Shown here one piece after another: positions 44,580 to 55,038 of a stretch of DNA of 64,000 bases (positions are counted from its first letter, which is position 1; each line of letters begins with the position of its first letter). The stretch comes from Candidatus Woesebacteria bacterium (GTDB lineage Bacteria > Patescibacteriota > Microgenomatia > UBA8517), in the NCBI GenBank assembly GCA_013374835.1, contig CP055307.1:146622-210621 (forward strand). The letters are read 5' to 3'. The notes under the pieces are model-generated. The model was not told the origin of the DNA, searched no databases, and saw only the letters and a list, made by a program, of their open reading frames with translations. The position numbers and the translations under genes were made by a program.

Positions 44580-46295
44580 ATGAAATTTTCAAAATTGGCA
44601 ATCTATTTAGAAAATCTTGAAAAAACCGCCTCGAGAATTAAAATAACCAAAATTTTAGCAGAGCTTTTCAAAAATTCGGATAAAGAGGAAATCGACAAAA
44701 TCGTCAATTTAATTTTAGGCCGGCTAGCCCCAAGCTACGAAAATATAGTCTTTAACTTTGCAGATCGTTTAATGCTGCATTCAATATCAAAAGCTTATAA
44801 CCTGGATATCCGCAAAGTGCGCACTCTTTATAAACAAAAAGGCGACTTAGGTGACGTAGTAGAAACACTCGCCTCAAAAGATATAAAAGGAACCATAAAC
44901 GTAGCTCGGGTTTACAAAGAGCTTGTTATAATCGCAAAAGAGCAAGGCGAAGGAAGCCAAGAAAGAAAAATAGAAGAAACTGCTGATTTATTAAAAAAAC
45001 TGGATCCCAAAAGCGCTAAATATACGGCAAGAATAATCTTGGGTAAACTAAGGCTTGGATTTTCGGATAAAACAGTTCTCGACGCACTCTCTTGGATGCT
45101 TAAAAACGACAAATCAATTAAAAAAGATCTCGAAAAACTCTATTACATCACGCCAGATGTAGCGCATCTTGCAAAAAGCATAAAAACTCAAGGTCTCCAA
45201 AAAACGCTTATAAATACAACGGCAAGGGTGGGAATTCCAATTCTCCCCATGCTCGCTCAGCGCCTTAAATCTCCAGAAGAAATGATTGAAAAAATGGGTA
45301 GAGTAGCAGTGGAGCCGAAATTCGACGGCCTTCGCATTCAAATTCATTTTCAAAATAATCCGAGAATAGTCAAAGCCTTTACTCGTAACTTAAACGAGGT
45401 CTCATGGATGTTTCCTGAACTGGAAAAAATAAAGGATTTCGTTAGCACCAAAAGCGCTGTCCTTGATACAGAAGCAATAGGAGTGAGCGAAGACAGGAAA
45501 AAGCTCGCTAATTTCCAGACAACAATGACAAGAAGGAGAAAGCACGAAATAAATAAATTTATGAACAAAGTACCCATCAGATTTTATGTTTTTGATATTT
45601 TGGTTAAAAACGATAAAAGCCTTCTTGATCTGCCTTATATCAAAAGGCGGGAAGCATTAAATGCCGTAGTATCAAAGCAAGGCCTTCTGGTAATTGACGA
45701 TTTTGTTCTAACGTCAAACCCAAATGATATCCGAAAAGAAATGAAAAAAAGTCTGAATCTCGGACTCGAAGGCATAATAGTCAAAAAAGCCGACAGCTTT
45801 TATATACCCGGGCGTACAGGTTGGCGCTGGGTGAAAATGAAAGAAAAAGAAGACTCACGCGCCAAGTTGGCAGATACCGTCGATTGCGTGATTATGGGTT
45901 ATTCACTTGGAAAAGGGAAAAGAGCAAGTTTTGGCATAGGACAATTTTTGGTTGGTATTCAGGATAAAGATCAAATTAAAACAATCACAAAAGTTGGCAC
46001 TGGCATAACAGATGAAAAATTTTATTATCTTAAGAAATTGTTAAAGTCCTTGAAAACAAAAAATAAACCTAAAAGTTATCTACTAAATGATAAAAATCTT
46101 ATGCCGGACTATTGGGTTGAACCGAAAATTTTGGTGGAGATTGCGGCCGATGAGATTACAGTTAGCCCCACCCACTCATCCGGCTTTGCCTTAAGGTTTC
46201 CCCGTATGGTTAAAATAAGAGACGACAAGCCGCTCGAAGAAGCAACAACCATTAAAGAAATAAAAGAGCTTTATAAAATGCAAAACAAAAGATAA
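44580..46295 (+). CDS. lig: ATP-dependent DNA ligase (archaeal/eukaryotic Lig I-like).
   Basis: Adenylation motif I AVEPKFDGLRIQIHF (KxDG); about 570 aa. Confidence 0.85.
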   Translation: MKFSKLAIYLENLEKTASRIKITKILAELFKNSDKEEIDKIVNLILGRLAPSYENIVFNFADRLMLHSISKAYNLDIRKVRTLYKQKGDLGDVVETLASKDIKGTINVARVYKELVIIAKEQGEGSQERKIEETADLLKKLDPKSAKYTARIILGKLRLGFSDKTVLDALSWMLKNDKSIKKDLEKLYYITPDVAHLAKSIKTQGLQKTLINTTARVGIPILPMLAQRLKSPEEMIEKMGRVAVEPKFDGLRIQIHFQNNPRIVKAFTRNLNEVSWMFPELEKIKDFVSTKSAVLDTEAIGVSEDRKKLANFQTTMTRRRKHEINKFMNKVPIRFYVFDILVKNDKSLLDLPYIKRREALNAVVSKQGLLVIDDFVLTSNPNDIRKEMKKSLNLGLEGIIVKKADSFYIPGRTGWRWVKMKEKEDSRAKLADTVDCVIMGYSLGKGKRASFGIGQFLVGIQDKDQIKTITKVGTGITDEKFYYLKKLLKSLKTKNKPKSYLLNDKNLMPDYWVEPKILVEIAADEITVSPTHSSGFALRFPRMVKIRDDKPLEEATTIKEIKELYKMQNKR

Positions 46296-46318
46296 TTTTT
46301 CTTGTATTAATAAAATTA

Positions 46319-48757
46319 ATGAGAAAAGATAAGGCAGGATTAAGTGAAAAAGAAGCAAAAAAAAGACTTCAAATATATGGGTCAAACGTTCTACCCGAAA
46401 AACCCCCGCCTAGTGCAATAATCGTATTTCTTTCACAGCTTAAAAACCCATTGGTTTATATTCTCCTCGCCGCAAGCTTGATCACCTTTTTCTTGAGAGA
46501 ATTGGCCGATACCTTTATCATTCTTGTTGCCGTATTTATAAATACGATTTTGGGCTTTGTGCAAGAAGAAAGAGCAAACAAAGCTCTCTATTCCCTTAAA
46601 AAATTAATAGAGCCTCATGCAAAAGTAATCCGCAGCAAAATGCTAAAAGAGCTACCTGTTGAAATGATTGTTCCCGGCGACTTGGTCATCCTCGAACAAG
46701 GAATGAAAATTCCCGCCGACGGAAGACTGATCAATGCAAACAGATTTTTTGTATCGGAAGCGGTTCTTACAGGCGAGTCTGTCCCTGTTCAAAAATCGGC
46801 AGGTAAAGATGTGTTTATGGGCACAATAGTTACATCAGGTAGAGGAGAAATGATAGTTGAAAAAACAGGCAGAAACACCGAGATTGGCAAAATTGCCCTT
46901 GATATTCAAAAGGAAAAAGAAGATACGCCCCTAAAAAAACAGCTCTCGATTTTCAGCCGTCAACTAACAATTCTGGTTGTTATCCTTATATCCTTCGTTT
47001 TCTTAATAGGGGTCTTAAGGGATAAAGAGATAAGTGAACTCTTTACTACCTCCGTAGCACTTGCAGTTTCTGCAATTCCCGAGGGGCTTCTTGTGGGTCT
47101 GACTGTAGTGCTGGCGATTGGAATGCAAAGAATATTAAAAAAGAAAGGTCTAGTTAGAAATTTGGTTTCTGCCGAAACCTTGGGTGGGGTAACAACCATT
47201 TGTGTGGACAAAACAGGCACTCTTACAAAAGGCAAAATGCAGGTCGTAGAAGTTTATGGAGATGAAGAAGGCTTAAAAAAACAAGCAATTCTAGCCAACG
47301 ATTTAGACGATCCCTTGGTTATAGCAGCCTGGGAATGGGCAGTAAAAAAACAAAAAGCTTCACCGGGCAAACTAAGAAAGTTGTACCCGAGAATTGACAG
47401 CATACCATTTTCATCCAAAAGCAGATTTTTTGCAAGTCTTAACAAAGATCAAAAAACATCAACCCTTTTTGTCAACGGTGCTCCGGAGTATCTGCTCTCC
47501 TGGTCAAAAATAAGCTCTCAAAAAAAAGAAAAAACAGAAGAAAAAATAAAAAAACTTACACAATCAGGCTATCGCGTCATAGGTTTTGCAAGAAGAACAA
47601 ACCTAAACTTTAAAAGCATATCTGAAAACGATGTCAAAAAAGATCTTGAATTTATAGGACTATTGGCCTTTTCGGATCCCGTGCGTCCGCAAGTAGAAAA
47701 AGCGCTCGAAAAGACACAAAAAGCAGGCATAAAAGTGCTAGTCATAACAGGTGATTATCCAGAAACGGCAATGTCAGTAATGAAAAGAATCGGACTTGAT
47801 GTTGATATTCAAACAACAATCACAGGTTCAAAGCTTGCCAATATTTCACCTAGAGAACTACAAAAAAAGTTGAAAAATAACGAAGTAAAACTTTTTGCAA
47901 GAACAACGCCGGATCAAAAATTAAAAATCGTAGAAGCTCTCAAAAATAACGGCGAAGTAGTAGCCGTGATGGGGGACGGGGTGAACGATGCACCTGCACT
48001 TAATGAATCCGATATAGGAATTGTGGTGGGTAACGCCACAGATGTGGCTAAAGAAACAGCAGATTTAGTGCTCCTCGACAGCAATTTTGCAACAATAGTA
48101 GAAGCCATTGAAGAGGGGAGAGGTATCTTCGATAACATAAGAAAAATAATTCTTTATTTAATGAGCGATGCGTTTGAGGAAATAATAGCAGTGATAGCAG
48201 CAATTATTTTTGCTCTCTCTCTTCCTGTAACAGCGGTACAAATACTTTGGATAAATCTGGTTTCAGACGGCTTACCAAACCTCGCTCTTACAATAGATCC
48301 TAAGTCGCCCGGGATAATGAATCGTCCACCAAGGTCTCCGCAAGAAAACGTCGTCTCGGCCTGGATGAGAGAGCTTATAGTAATAGTTTCTTTGGCAGGC
48401 GGACTAGTAGCTTTTTTGCTCTTTTATATAACCATAATAAAAACAAACAATATTGCACTTGCAAGATCTATTGCTTTTGCCACCCTTGGAGTCAATTCGC
48501 TTGTTTATGTATATTCGGTTAGAACCCTTAGAAATCCATTTTGGAAAGAAAATGCCTTTAGTAACAAATGGCTTAATATATCAGTAATAGCAGGGTTAAT
48601 ACTCCAATTTATTCCATTTTCAACGCAATCACTAAGGCACTTTTTCGAACTTGAGCAGCTGTCCCCTCTGCATCTTGCTTTAATTTTCTCAAGCTCTTTA
48701 TTTATGTTTATTATTATAGAATTAGGAAAAATTTACTTTAGGTTCAAAAAAATATGA
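46319..48757 (+). CDS. Cation-translocating P-type ATPase (Ca2+/Mg2+, type II).
   Basis: CVDKTGTLT phosphorylation site, TGDYPETA and GDGVNDAPAL. Confidence 0.9.
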   Translation: MRKDKAGLSEKEAKKRLQIYGSNVLPEKPPPSAIIVFLSQLKNPLVYILLAASLITFFLRELADTFIILVAVFINTILGFVQEERANKALYSLKKLIEPHAKVIRSKMLKELPVEMIVPGDLVILEQGMKIPADGRLINANRFFVSEAVLTGESVPVQKSAGKDVFMGTIVTSGRGEMIVEKTGRNTEIGKIALDIQKEKEDTPLKKQLSIFSRQLTILVVILISFVFLIGVLRDKEISELFTTSVALAVSAIPEGLLVGLTVVLAIGMQRILKKKGLVRNLVSAETLGGVTTICVDKTGTLTKGKMQVVEVYGDEEGLKKQAILANDLDDPLVIAAWEWAVKKQKASPGKLRKLYPRIDSIPFSSKSRFFASLNKDQKTSTLFVNGAPEYLLSWSKISSQKKEKTEEKIKKLTQSGYRVIGFARRTNLNFKSISENDVKKDLEFIGLLAFSDPVRPQVEKALEKTQKAGIKVLVITGDYPETAMSVMKRIGLDVDIQTTITGSKLANISPRELQKKLKNNEVKLFARTTPDQKLKIVEALKNNGEVVAVMGDGVNDAPALNESDIGIVVGNATDVAKETADLVLLDSNFATIVEAIEEGRGIFDNIRKIILYLMSDAFEEIIAVIAAIIFALSLPVTAVQILWINLVSDGLPNLALTIDPKSPGIMNRPPRSPQENVVSAWMRELIVIVSLAGGLVAFLLFYITIIKTNNIALARSIAFATLGVNSLVYVYSVRTLRNPFWKENAFSNKWLNISVIAGLILQFIPFSTQSLRHFFELEQLSPLHLALIFSSSLFMFIIIELGKIYFRFKKI

Positions 48758-49728
48758 TAGCTCTGCGTTTAACAATAATATTTATCTTTTCCTTTTTATT
48801 AATTAAATCATCGGAACTTGTTATAATCTCACTCAAAAAAATTAGCGCCAAAACAAAAACAGGTGTTTTCGCCCTCTCGGCAATCATTATGGCAATAGGG
48901 ACATCTCTTCCCGAGCTTTTTTTGGGAATAACTGCGGCTCTCGACGGCTCACCAAATTTATCTCTTGGAAACGTAATTGGGGCAAATATAGCAAACATAA
49001 CCCTTGTCGCAGGTATCTCTGCTCTAGCCTTTGCAAAAAGCGTTCACATACGCAAAGACTATCTTCACAAAGACGTTGGCATCGCACTAATTGCCGGTAT
49101 AGCACCGATAATTCTAATATTTGATAAATCCCTTAGCAGGGTTGATGGGCTTGTTCTCCTTTCGGTTTACGGCATATACGCAACAAGCATTTTCAAAAAG
49201 CGCTACGTCGAAATAGCTAAAGGTAACGAAGTTAGCGACTATTTTCACAAAATTCTGCGAAGTATTCCCATATTCGACGGCAAAAACACAAAAGAATTAG
49301 GAAGATTATTCTTAGGAATAGCCCTTCTTTTGTTTTCTGGAAATATTATAGTAGAAAATGCAGAATGGATAGCTCATGCCACAAATATACCAATCTTTCT
49401 TGTGGGCTTGATAATACTCTCAATAGGCACAACGCTTCCCGAAATCGCATTTTCCGCCAAATCCCTGCGCGACCACGAGCCCTCAATGTTTCTCGGCAAT
49501 CTTCTGGGCTCAATAATTGCAAATTCAACCTTTGTGATAGGCTTGGTAGCGGTAATCTCACCCATAAAAATACAAGCATTTCAAGACTACACCGTCGCGG
49601 CATGCACATTTTTATTAGTTTTTCTGCTTTTTTGGTTCTTTATTAAAAGCAAGCATCGCCTTGACCGCTGGGAAGCCTTCCTCCTTTTAACTCTTTACAT
49701 AATATTTGTTTTTTTGGAATTCATGTAA
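48754..49728 (+). CDS. Ca2+/Na+ antiporter of the CaCA family (YrbG-like).
   Basis: Two alpha-repeats, GTSLPELF and GTTLPEIAFS. It overlaps the ATPase stop by 4 nt. Confidence 0.8.
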   Translation: MIALRLTIIFIFSFLLIKSSELVIISLKKISAKTKTGVFALSAIIMAIGTSLPELFLGITAALDGSPNLSLGNVIGANIANITLVAGISALAFAKSVHIRKDYLHKDVGIALIAGIAPIILIFDKSLSRVDGLVLLSVYGIYATSIFKKRYVEIAKGNEVSDYFHKILRSIPIFDGKNTKELGRLFLGIALLLFSGNIIVENAEWIAHATNIPIFLVGLIILSIGTTLPEIAFSAKSLRDHEPSMFLGNLLGSIIANSTFVIGLVAVISPIKIQAFQDYTVAACTFLLVFLLFWFFIKSKHRLDRWEAFLLLTLYIIFVFLEFM

Positions 49729-49737
49729 AATAAACTA

Positions 49738-51081
49738 ATGGAGAATAGTTTACCCGGCGAGACAGTGATTCCTCAATCAACTCAAAACCTGGGAAATACT
49801 GAACAAGGTGCGGGTTCCAGCAAAAAAGAAGCCTTAAACAATCTAAAAAAAGCGCTTGAAAATTTAAAAACAAATAATAATGAAGTCGACGCTTATCTAG
49901 AAATATGGAAAGCACAAAGGGGTATAGAAGAGATTTATCAAAGAGAAAGTCTGGGAATAAAAAGTCCTCTTTCTCCAGAAAAAGAAAAAAAAAGGATTGA
50001 AGAGTTTAATAACGAAATAGATTGTCTTAGGCAAGAATATACAAATAACCCCGATAAGTATGAGTCCTTCAAGAAAATTGTAGATGAGCGCTCAAAAAAA
50101 ATGATCGCAAGGCTCGAAAACGACCTTAATAGGATGCCGGAAAAGAATTTTCAACAGGAAGCAAGTATCTTCTTAAGAGAAAATTTTGAGACAGCCTTAA
50201 GGCGTGCACAAGCTATTTCACCAAACCATAGTCTTAAAGAAAATATAAACAATATTGAAATGAGTTTATTAAGGCTTTTTGCAGAAAACAAGCTTGATCG
50301 TTACACAAAGCTTCTTGCCAATATTAACAAAGGTAATAATGTTGATGAAGACGATCTTAGCAATGCCCGCAGTAGTGTAGAGCAATACCTGCAAGAAAAT
50401 AATGAATTTGCAAAAATGTTTATACGTCGCTTAAGAGCTCTAAATAAACTATTTGATGAAGCCGAGAAGGAAAGCCAAGAACAAAGTTCCAAGAGCTATG
50501 GACCCCCCAGATGGTTTTCCGAAGTAAGAGAAAAACCAACCCCTCAGCCTTCATCTCAAACACCTGCTCCAAAGCCTCAAATTCCGGACATCGGCGCGCC
50601 AAAACATAGAGCCGATGAAATAACCGAGGAAGAAGCACGTTTTGATCAAGAAGTAGCAAAAATAATAGAACAAGAAAAAGGCAACGCCAAAGCCATTGCC
50701 AAAAAGCTTCAAAAAGCTTCTGAAAAAGTTGACCGGTTCATGTTTTCAAAAAATTCCCAAAAAAGGCAAAAAGCACTTAATGAGCACCTGGTGCTTCTGG
50801 AAGCTTTTAGAAGTCTAAACTTTACTCACGAAAATTATAATAACACTGATATTTCATCTTTTCTCAAGTTGCACGCTGATCTTCATAAATTTGTCGCAGA
50901 TTTTAACCACCTCAGAATTACCAAAAAAGACGTGCGAAAATTTTTTCCAAGGCTCAAGATATTAAGAAGTAAGCCCAAACCCAGCGAACAAGATAAACTA
51001 ATAAAAATATCCTATTACATTCAAAATAAAAAAGCACGAAAAGATAAAGCGAAAATTGTTAAAAATTTAAAAGAAAAGTGA
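49738..51081 (+). CDS. Large hydrophilic coiled-coil hypothetical protein (447 aa).
   Basis: Charged, K/E/N-rich with heptad-like segments. No TM or signal peptide. Confidence 0.5.
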   Translation: MENSLPGETVIPQSTQNLGNTEQGAGSSKKEALNNLKKALENLKTNNNEVDAYLEIWKAQRGIEEIYQRESLGIKSPLSPEKEKKRIEEFNNEIDCLRQEYTNNPDKYESFKKIVDERSKKMIARLENDLNRMPEKNFQQEASIFLRENFETALRRAQAISPNHSLKENINNIEMSLLRLFAENKLDRYTKLLANINKGNNVDEDDLSNARSSVEQYLQENNEFAKMFIRRLRALNKLFDEAEKESQEQSSKSYGPPRWFSEVREKPTPQPSSQTPAPKPQIPDIGAPKHRADEITEEEARFDQEVAKIIEQEKGNAKAIAKKLQKASEKVDRFMFSKNSQKRQKALNEHLVLLEAFRSLNFTHENYNNTDISSFLKLHADLHKFVADFNHLRITKKDVRKFFPRLKILRSKPKPSEQDKLIKISYYIQNKKARKDKAKIVKNLKEK

Positions 51082-51110
51082 TATTATAAATTAAGGGAGG
51101 TGATTAGTTA

Positions 51111-51437
51111 ATGGCAGCAAAAGAAACTCAAACAGGCTTGAAAAAAGAAACAGCCGCGGCACTATCCTACGTTTTAGGGCCAATTACAGGTGTAATTTTT
51201 TTGATAATGGAAAAAGATCCATTTGTTCGCTTCCATTCAATGCAATCTATAGTTTTTAGCGTTGCAGTTTTGATTATCAATACTCTTTTAACGGTTACCG
51301 TGGTACTTGCTCTTTTACTTCCCGTCCTTTTTCTTTTAGAGTTTGCTCTTTGGTTAATGCTTATCTATAAAGCTTCACAGGGAGTAGAGTGGGAATTGCC
51401 GATTTTAGGTACATATACCAAAAAGTTTCTGAAGTAA
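51111..51437 (+). CDS. DUF4870-like small membrane protein.
   Basis: YVLGPITGVIFLIMEKDPFVRFHSMQS. Strong SD (TAAGGGAGGTGAT). Confidence 0.65.
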   Translation: MAAKETQTGLKKETAAALSYVLGPITGVIFLIMEKDPFVRFHSMQSIVFSVAVLIINTLLTVTVVLALLLPVLFLLEFALWLMLIYKASQGVEWELPILGTYTKKFLK

Positions 51438-51465
51438 ATTGGCAAAAAAGTGCTAAAATTGCTCA

Positions 51466-51933
51466 ATGAAACTTTTAATAGGTCTTGGAAATCCCGGTAA
51501 AAAATATGTACTAAATCGTCACAATGTAGGTTATATGGCAATTGACTGGCTAAAAAGGAATAATCTGTCAAGCAGTTTCATTCTCAAAAAATCAGGAGTT
51601 TTTATGAATTCCTCCGGAACGGCAGTCAAAAAACTAATCAATTATTATTCATTAGACACCAATAATTTATACGTTGTTTACGACGATCTTGATATCCCCC
51701 TCGGAAAATTTAAAATACAAAAAGGAACAGGTCCCAAAAACCATAAAGGTTTAAACTCAATCTATAGCACTCTTAATACCAAAGATTTTTGGCACATAAG
51801 AATAGGGGTGGATAATAGAATTCCCTCCCAAAAAGTACCGGGTGAAGATTATGTTCTTTCGGATTTTACAAACGAAGAAAAACTTTTACTTAATAAAACT
51901 TTTACCAATCTCAGTAAAGAATTGGCCAAATGA
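51466..51933 (+). CDS. pth: Peptidyl-tRNA hydrolase.
   Basis: LLIGLGNPGKKYVLNRHNVG and the D..D region VVYDDLDIPLGKFKI. Confidence 0.88.
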   Translation: MKLLIGLGNPGKKYVLNRHNVGYMAIDWLKRNNLSSSFILKKSGVFMNSSGTAVKKLINYYSLDTNNLYVVYDDLDIPLGKFKIQKGTGPKNHKGLNSIYSTLNTKDFWHIRIGVDNRIPSQKVPGEDYVLSDFTNEEKLLLNKTFTNLSKELAK

Positions 51934-52232
51934 GCGACAAAACTTTTACAAAACTCAAAGACATCCTTAAAGATTATAAAACCGAAGAAGATAAATATAT
52001 ATCCCGTGAGTTTCAAAAATATGGTTATGACTTGGCAGAGGAGCTTGGAGACCTAAAACACAAAGCCCTCTACATAAAGCTCGCCAAAGAAACTCCAAGA
52101 GGGCTTTTAGAGGCAGCAAGAAGCTTTGTCAAAGATGCCGAAAACGCCAAAAACAAAGGAGCACTTTTTATGTGGAAACTTGCTGAATTGAAAAAAAGCG
52201 AGTTTACACATAAAAGGAGCGCAGGTGATTAA
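51930..52232 (+). CDS. Hypothetical helical protein (100 aa).
   Basis: Translationally coupled between pth and the MGMT gene. Confidence 0.45.
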   Translation: MSDKTFTKLKDILKDYKTEEDKYISREFQKYGYDLAEELGDLKHKALYIKLAKETPRGLLEAARSFVKDAENAKNKGALFMWKLAELKKSEFTHKRSAGD

Positions 52233-52536
52233 AAATAATCTTTATCAAAAAGTATATGAAACAGTAAAAAAAATTCCGCCCGGAAAAGTGGTAACCTATG
52301 GTCAAATAGCAAAAATGTTGGGAACACGGGACGCAAGGCGGGTAGGCCACGCTCTTCATGCAAATAAAGATCCGCTTGTTCCCTGTCACAGAGTGGTGGA
52401 TAAAAGCGGTCGTTTAGCGGCAAACTTCGCCTTTGAAGGATCTAAAGAACAAGCAAGAAGACTAATAAAAGAGGGTGTAGCGCTAACTGATGAAATGCAC
52501 GTAGATTTAAATCTTTATTTATGGAAAAAGCTTTAG
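52225..52536 (+). CDS. Stand-alone methylated-DNA-protein-cysteine methyltransferase domain protein (MGMT family).
   Basis: Active-site PCHRVV together with a YGQIA HTH. It is only 103 aa and has no N-terminal domain. Confidence 0.8.
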   Translation: MIKNNLYQKVYETVKKIPPGKVVTYGQIAKMLGTRDARRVGHALHANKDPLVPCHRVVDKSGRLAANFAFEGSKEQARRLIKEGVALTDEMHVDLNLYLWKKL

Positions 52537-52805
52537 CATCCAAAAAATTATTAATTAAAGGCAGAGTTCAGGCTGTCTTCTATCGAGCTTGGCTCAAAAA
52601 AAACGCCGAAAATGCAAAAATCACCGGTTGGGTTAAGAATCTTTCCGACGGCAGCGTAGAGGCAGTTCTCCAAGGAGATAAAGAAAAAGTAGATAATCTT
52701 ATTAAAAAATGCCGTCAAGGCCCGCCTCTGGCAAGAGTTGACGAAATTATTATTAAAAAAGCACGCTTGGACAAATCCTTGAAAAGTTTTAGAGTGAAAA
52801 GTTAA
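52521..52805 (+). CDS. acyP: Acylphosphatase.
   Basis: GRVQAVFYR and GWVKNLSDGSVEAVLQG. Confidence 0.85.
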   Translation: MEKALASKKLLIKGRVQAVFYRAWLKKNAENAKITGWVKNLSDGSVEAVLQGDKEKVDNLIKKCRQGPPLARVDEIIIKKARLDKSLKSFRVKS

Positions 52806-52807
52806 AT

Positions 52808-53101
52808 TTATTTTTTTCCAAAAATTCGAGCAAAAAGTCCAACTCTTTTTGTTTCTGTTGACCCAGCAACTGGTTTTTCGGGCTGATTAGAACTTCCGGG
52901 GACATGACGATAGGTATTTGCAGGTGGTTGATTACTTAAATCAGGCCTGCTTCCCGGCGGTTCTACAACCCCTCGTTCCCTATCAGCCCATTCATTAATT
53001 ATTGTATTGGGAGATCTGGGATTACCAGGTTTTTCGGCTAAATAGCCATTTTCTATAGGAGGAGCTCCTCCAGGGGTAGAGGATTGGGATTCTTCTTCCA
53101 T
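52808..53101 (-). CDS. Doubtful Pro-rich low-complexity ORF (97 aa).
   Basis: Opposite strand to all neighbours, disordered composition, and it fills an otherwise empty 390-bp gap. Confidence 0.25.
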   Translation of the reverse strand: MEEESQSSTPGGAPPIENGYLAEKPGNPRSPNTIINEWADRERGVVEPPGSRPDLSNQPPANTYRHVPGSSNQPEKPVAGSTETKRVGLFARIFGKK

Positions 53102-53194
53102 ATAATTACTTAATCACAATTGCCCAACTATTGTCAACTAATCCTTGAATCTTGCCTCCGAAAAGTTTAAAAATAATTAAGGCGTCTAAAACAC

Positions 53195-53734
53195 ATGTTG
53201 AAAAAAGAAATCACCTTCCACTTGCTTTTTTTATTAATCTTTTTCGCAATCACGACGCTTATTAAGCGTTGGTTCGTAAGCCCCGTGTTTTTACTCTTTT
53301 GGCTCGGGGGAATATTTGGTACATTTCTACCTAATCTGGACCATGCTATCTATGCATTTTTCTTACGCCCGCACGAGCTTACTAGTCAAAGATTTGTAGC
53401 TTTTATCAAAAACCGTAAATTTATCGAAGCTTTAGCGCTCATGCAAACCACAAGAGACGAAAGGCAAAAATTAATTTTTCACTCAAGCCTTTTTCAGATA
53501 TTTTTTGTTATATTTGCATTCTGGGTTATCAGCTCCTCGGGAAGTTTGTTTGGAAGGGGTTTGGTAACGGCATTTTTAATACATCTTTTTGTCGATCAGG
53601 CGCAGGATTTCCAAAAAAGAGGCAATATTAAAAATTGGTTTCAGGGTATAAATCTTAACCTCACAAAAGATCAAGAAGTATTGTATCTTGTGTCTAACCT
53701 TCTCATCATCCTTGTCGTGAGCTTTCTTTTCTAG
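53195..53734 (+). CDS. Polytopic membrane hypothetical protein.
   Basis: 4-5 predicted TM helices. Confidence 0.5.
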   Translation: MLKKEITFHLLFLLIFFAITTLIKRWFVSPVFLLFWLGGIFGTFLPNLDHAIYAFFLRPHELTSQRFVAFIKNRKFIEALALMQTTRDERQKLIFHSSLFQIFFVIFAFWVISSSGSLFGRGLVTAFLIHLFVDQAQDFQKRGNIKNWFQGINLNLTKDQEVLYLVSNLLIILVVSFLF

Positions 53735-53811
53735 CGCAAGTGGTCTATATTAAGTTAAGGTCATAATTTGCATTTGGCCTAAGGTATTAAATGAAATAAA
53801 TTTAGCTCTAT

Positions 53812-55020
53812 ATGAAAGTCTTGATGTTCGGCTGGGAATTTCCGCCCCATAATAGCGGCGGTCTTGGAGTAGCCTGTCAGGGTCTTGCAAAGGCTCTTGG
53901 ACAATACGCTGATTTAATTTTCGTTTTACCCAAAAAGCTAGATATAAAACCAAATGGAAAATTTAAATTAATTAGCGCGGACATAGAAAACATCTCCCTA
54001 AAATTTATTAATAGTACGCTTATTCCTTATATTACATCGGAAAAATACTACGGATTGAATCGAAACAAAAAATTAGTTTACGGACAAACGCTTTTCGAAG
54101 AAGTAGAAAGGTACGCGGAACTAGCCGGAGAAATTGCCAAAAAAGAGAACTTTGATATAATACACGCGCACGATTGGCTAAGCTTTGGTGCAGGAATAAG
54201 TGCCAAAAAGGCAAGCGGCAAGCCCTTTGTTGCTCACATCCATGCAACCGAAATAGACAGAACAGGTGGAAACATAAATAAACAAATCTACGAAAAAGAA
54301 AAAGAAGGCTTGGAATACGCAGACCGCATAATTTCTGTAAGTGAATTTACCAAAAACATTCTTCTTAATCACTACCAAATACACCCTGAAAAGATAGAAG
54401 TTGTACACAACGGTATCGACTTGGCAAATTATAACCTTTCTGTAAATACAGACTTAGGCTTGAAAAAGCTCAAAAGTTTAGGTTTCAAAATAGTCCTTTT
54501 TGTAGGGAGAATAACAATTATGAAAGGACCGGACTATTTCGTCCGCGCAGCGCAAAAAGTATTGAAGTATAACCCCAAAACACTTTTTGTCATGGTCGGA
54601 TCAGGGGATATGGAAGGCCAAATTATTGATCAGGTGGCAGATCTTGGAATTTCGGATAAATTCTTCTTTACGGGCTTTCTAAGAGGCGCTGATTTATCAA
54701 AAGCGTTTAAAGCAGCGGATCTCTTTGTTATGCCTTCAATTTCCGAGCCGTTTGGTCTTACCGCTCTTGAATCGCTTATTCACAAAACCCCAGCAATTGT
54801 TTCAAAGCAATCCGGAGTATCGGAGGTATTAAACCAGGTAATGAAAGTTGATTTTTGGGATACTGATGAAATGGCAGATAAGATTTTATCCGTTCTAAAA
54901 TACAAAAGCCTGCATAAAGAAATGAGCAAAAATGGTGAAAAAGAAGCGAGCTTTTGTTCCTGGGAGAGCGCTGCGCAAAAATGTATTACTATTTATAATA
55001 GATTAGTCATTAATCATTAG
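53812..55020 (+). CDS. Glycogen/starch-synthase-like glycosyltransferase (GT4/GT5, archaeal-type).
   Basis: MKVLMFGWEFPPHNSGGLGVACQGLAKAL, with the C-terminal Glyco_transf_1 region GRITIMKGPDYF...ISEPFGLTALES. Confidence 0.75.
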   Translation: MKVLMFGWEFPPHNSGGLGVACQGLAKALGQYADLIFVLPKKLDIKPNGKFKLISADIENISLKFINSTLIPYITSEKYYGLNRNKKLVYGQTLFEEVERYAELAGEIAKKENFDIIHAHDWLSFGAGISAKKASGKPFVAHIHATEIDRTGGNINKQIYEKEKEGLEYADRIISVSEFTKNILLNHYQIHPEKIEVVHNGIDLANYNLSVNTDLGLKKLKSLGFKIVLFVGRITIMKGPDYFVRAAQKVLKYNPKTLFVMVGSGDMEGQIIDQVADLGISDKFFFTGFLRGADLSKAFKAADLFVMPSISEPFGLTALESLIHKTPAIVSKQSGVSEVLNQVMKVDFWDTDEMADKILSVLKYKSLHKEMSKNGEKEASFCSWESAAQKCITIYNRLVINH

Positions 55021-55038
55021 TCATTAATTATTTAAGCT

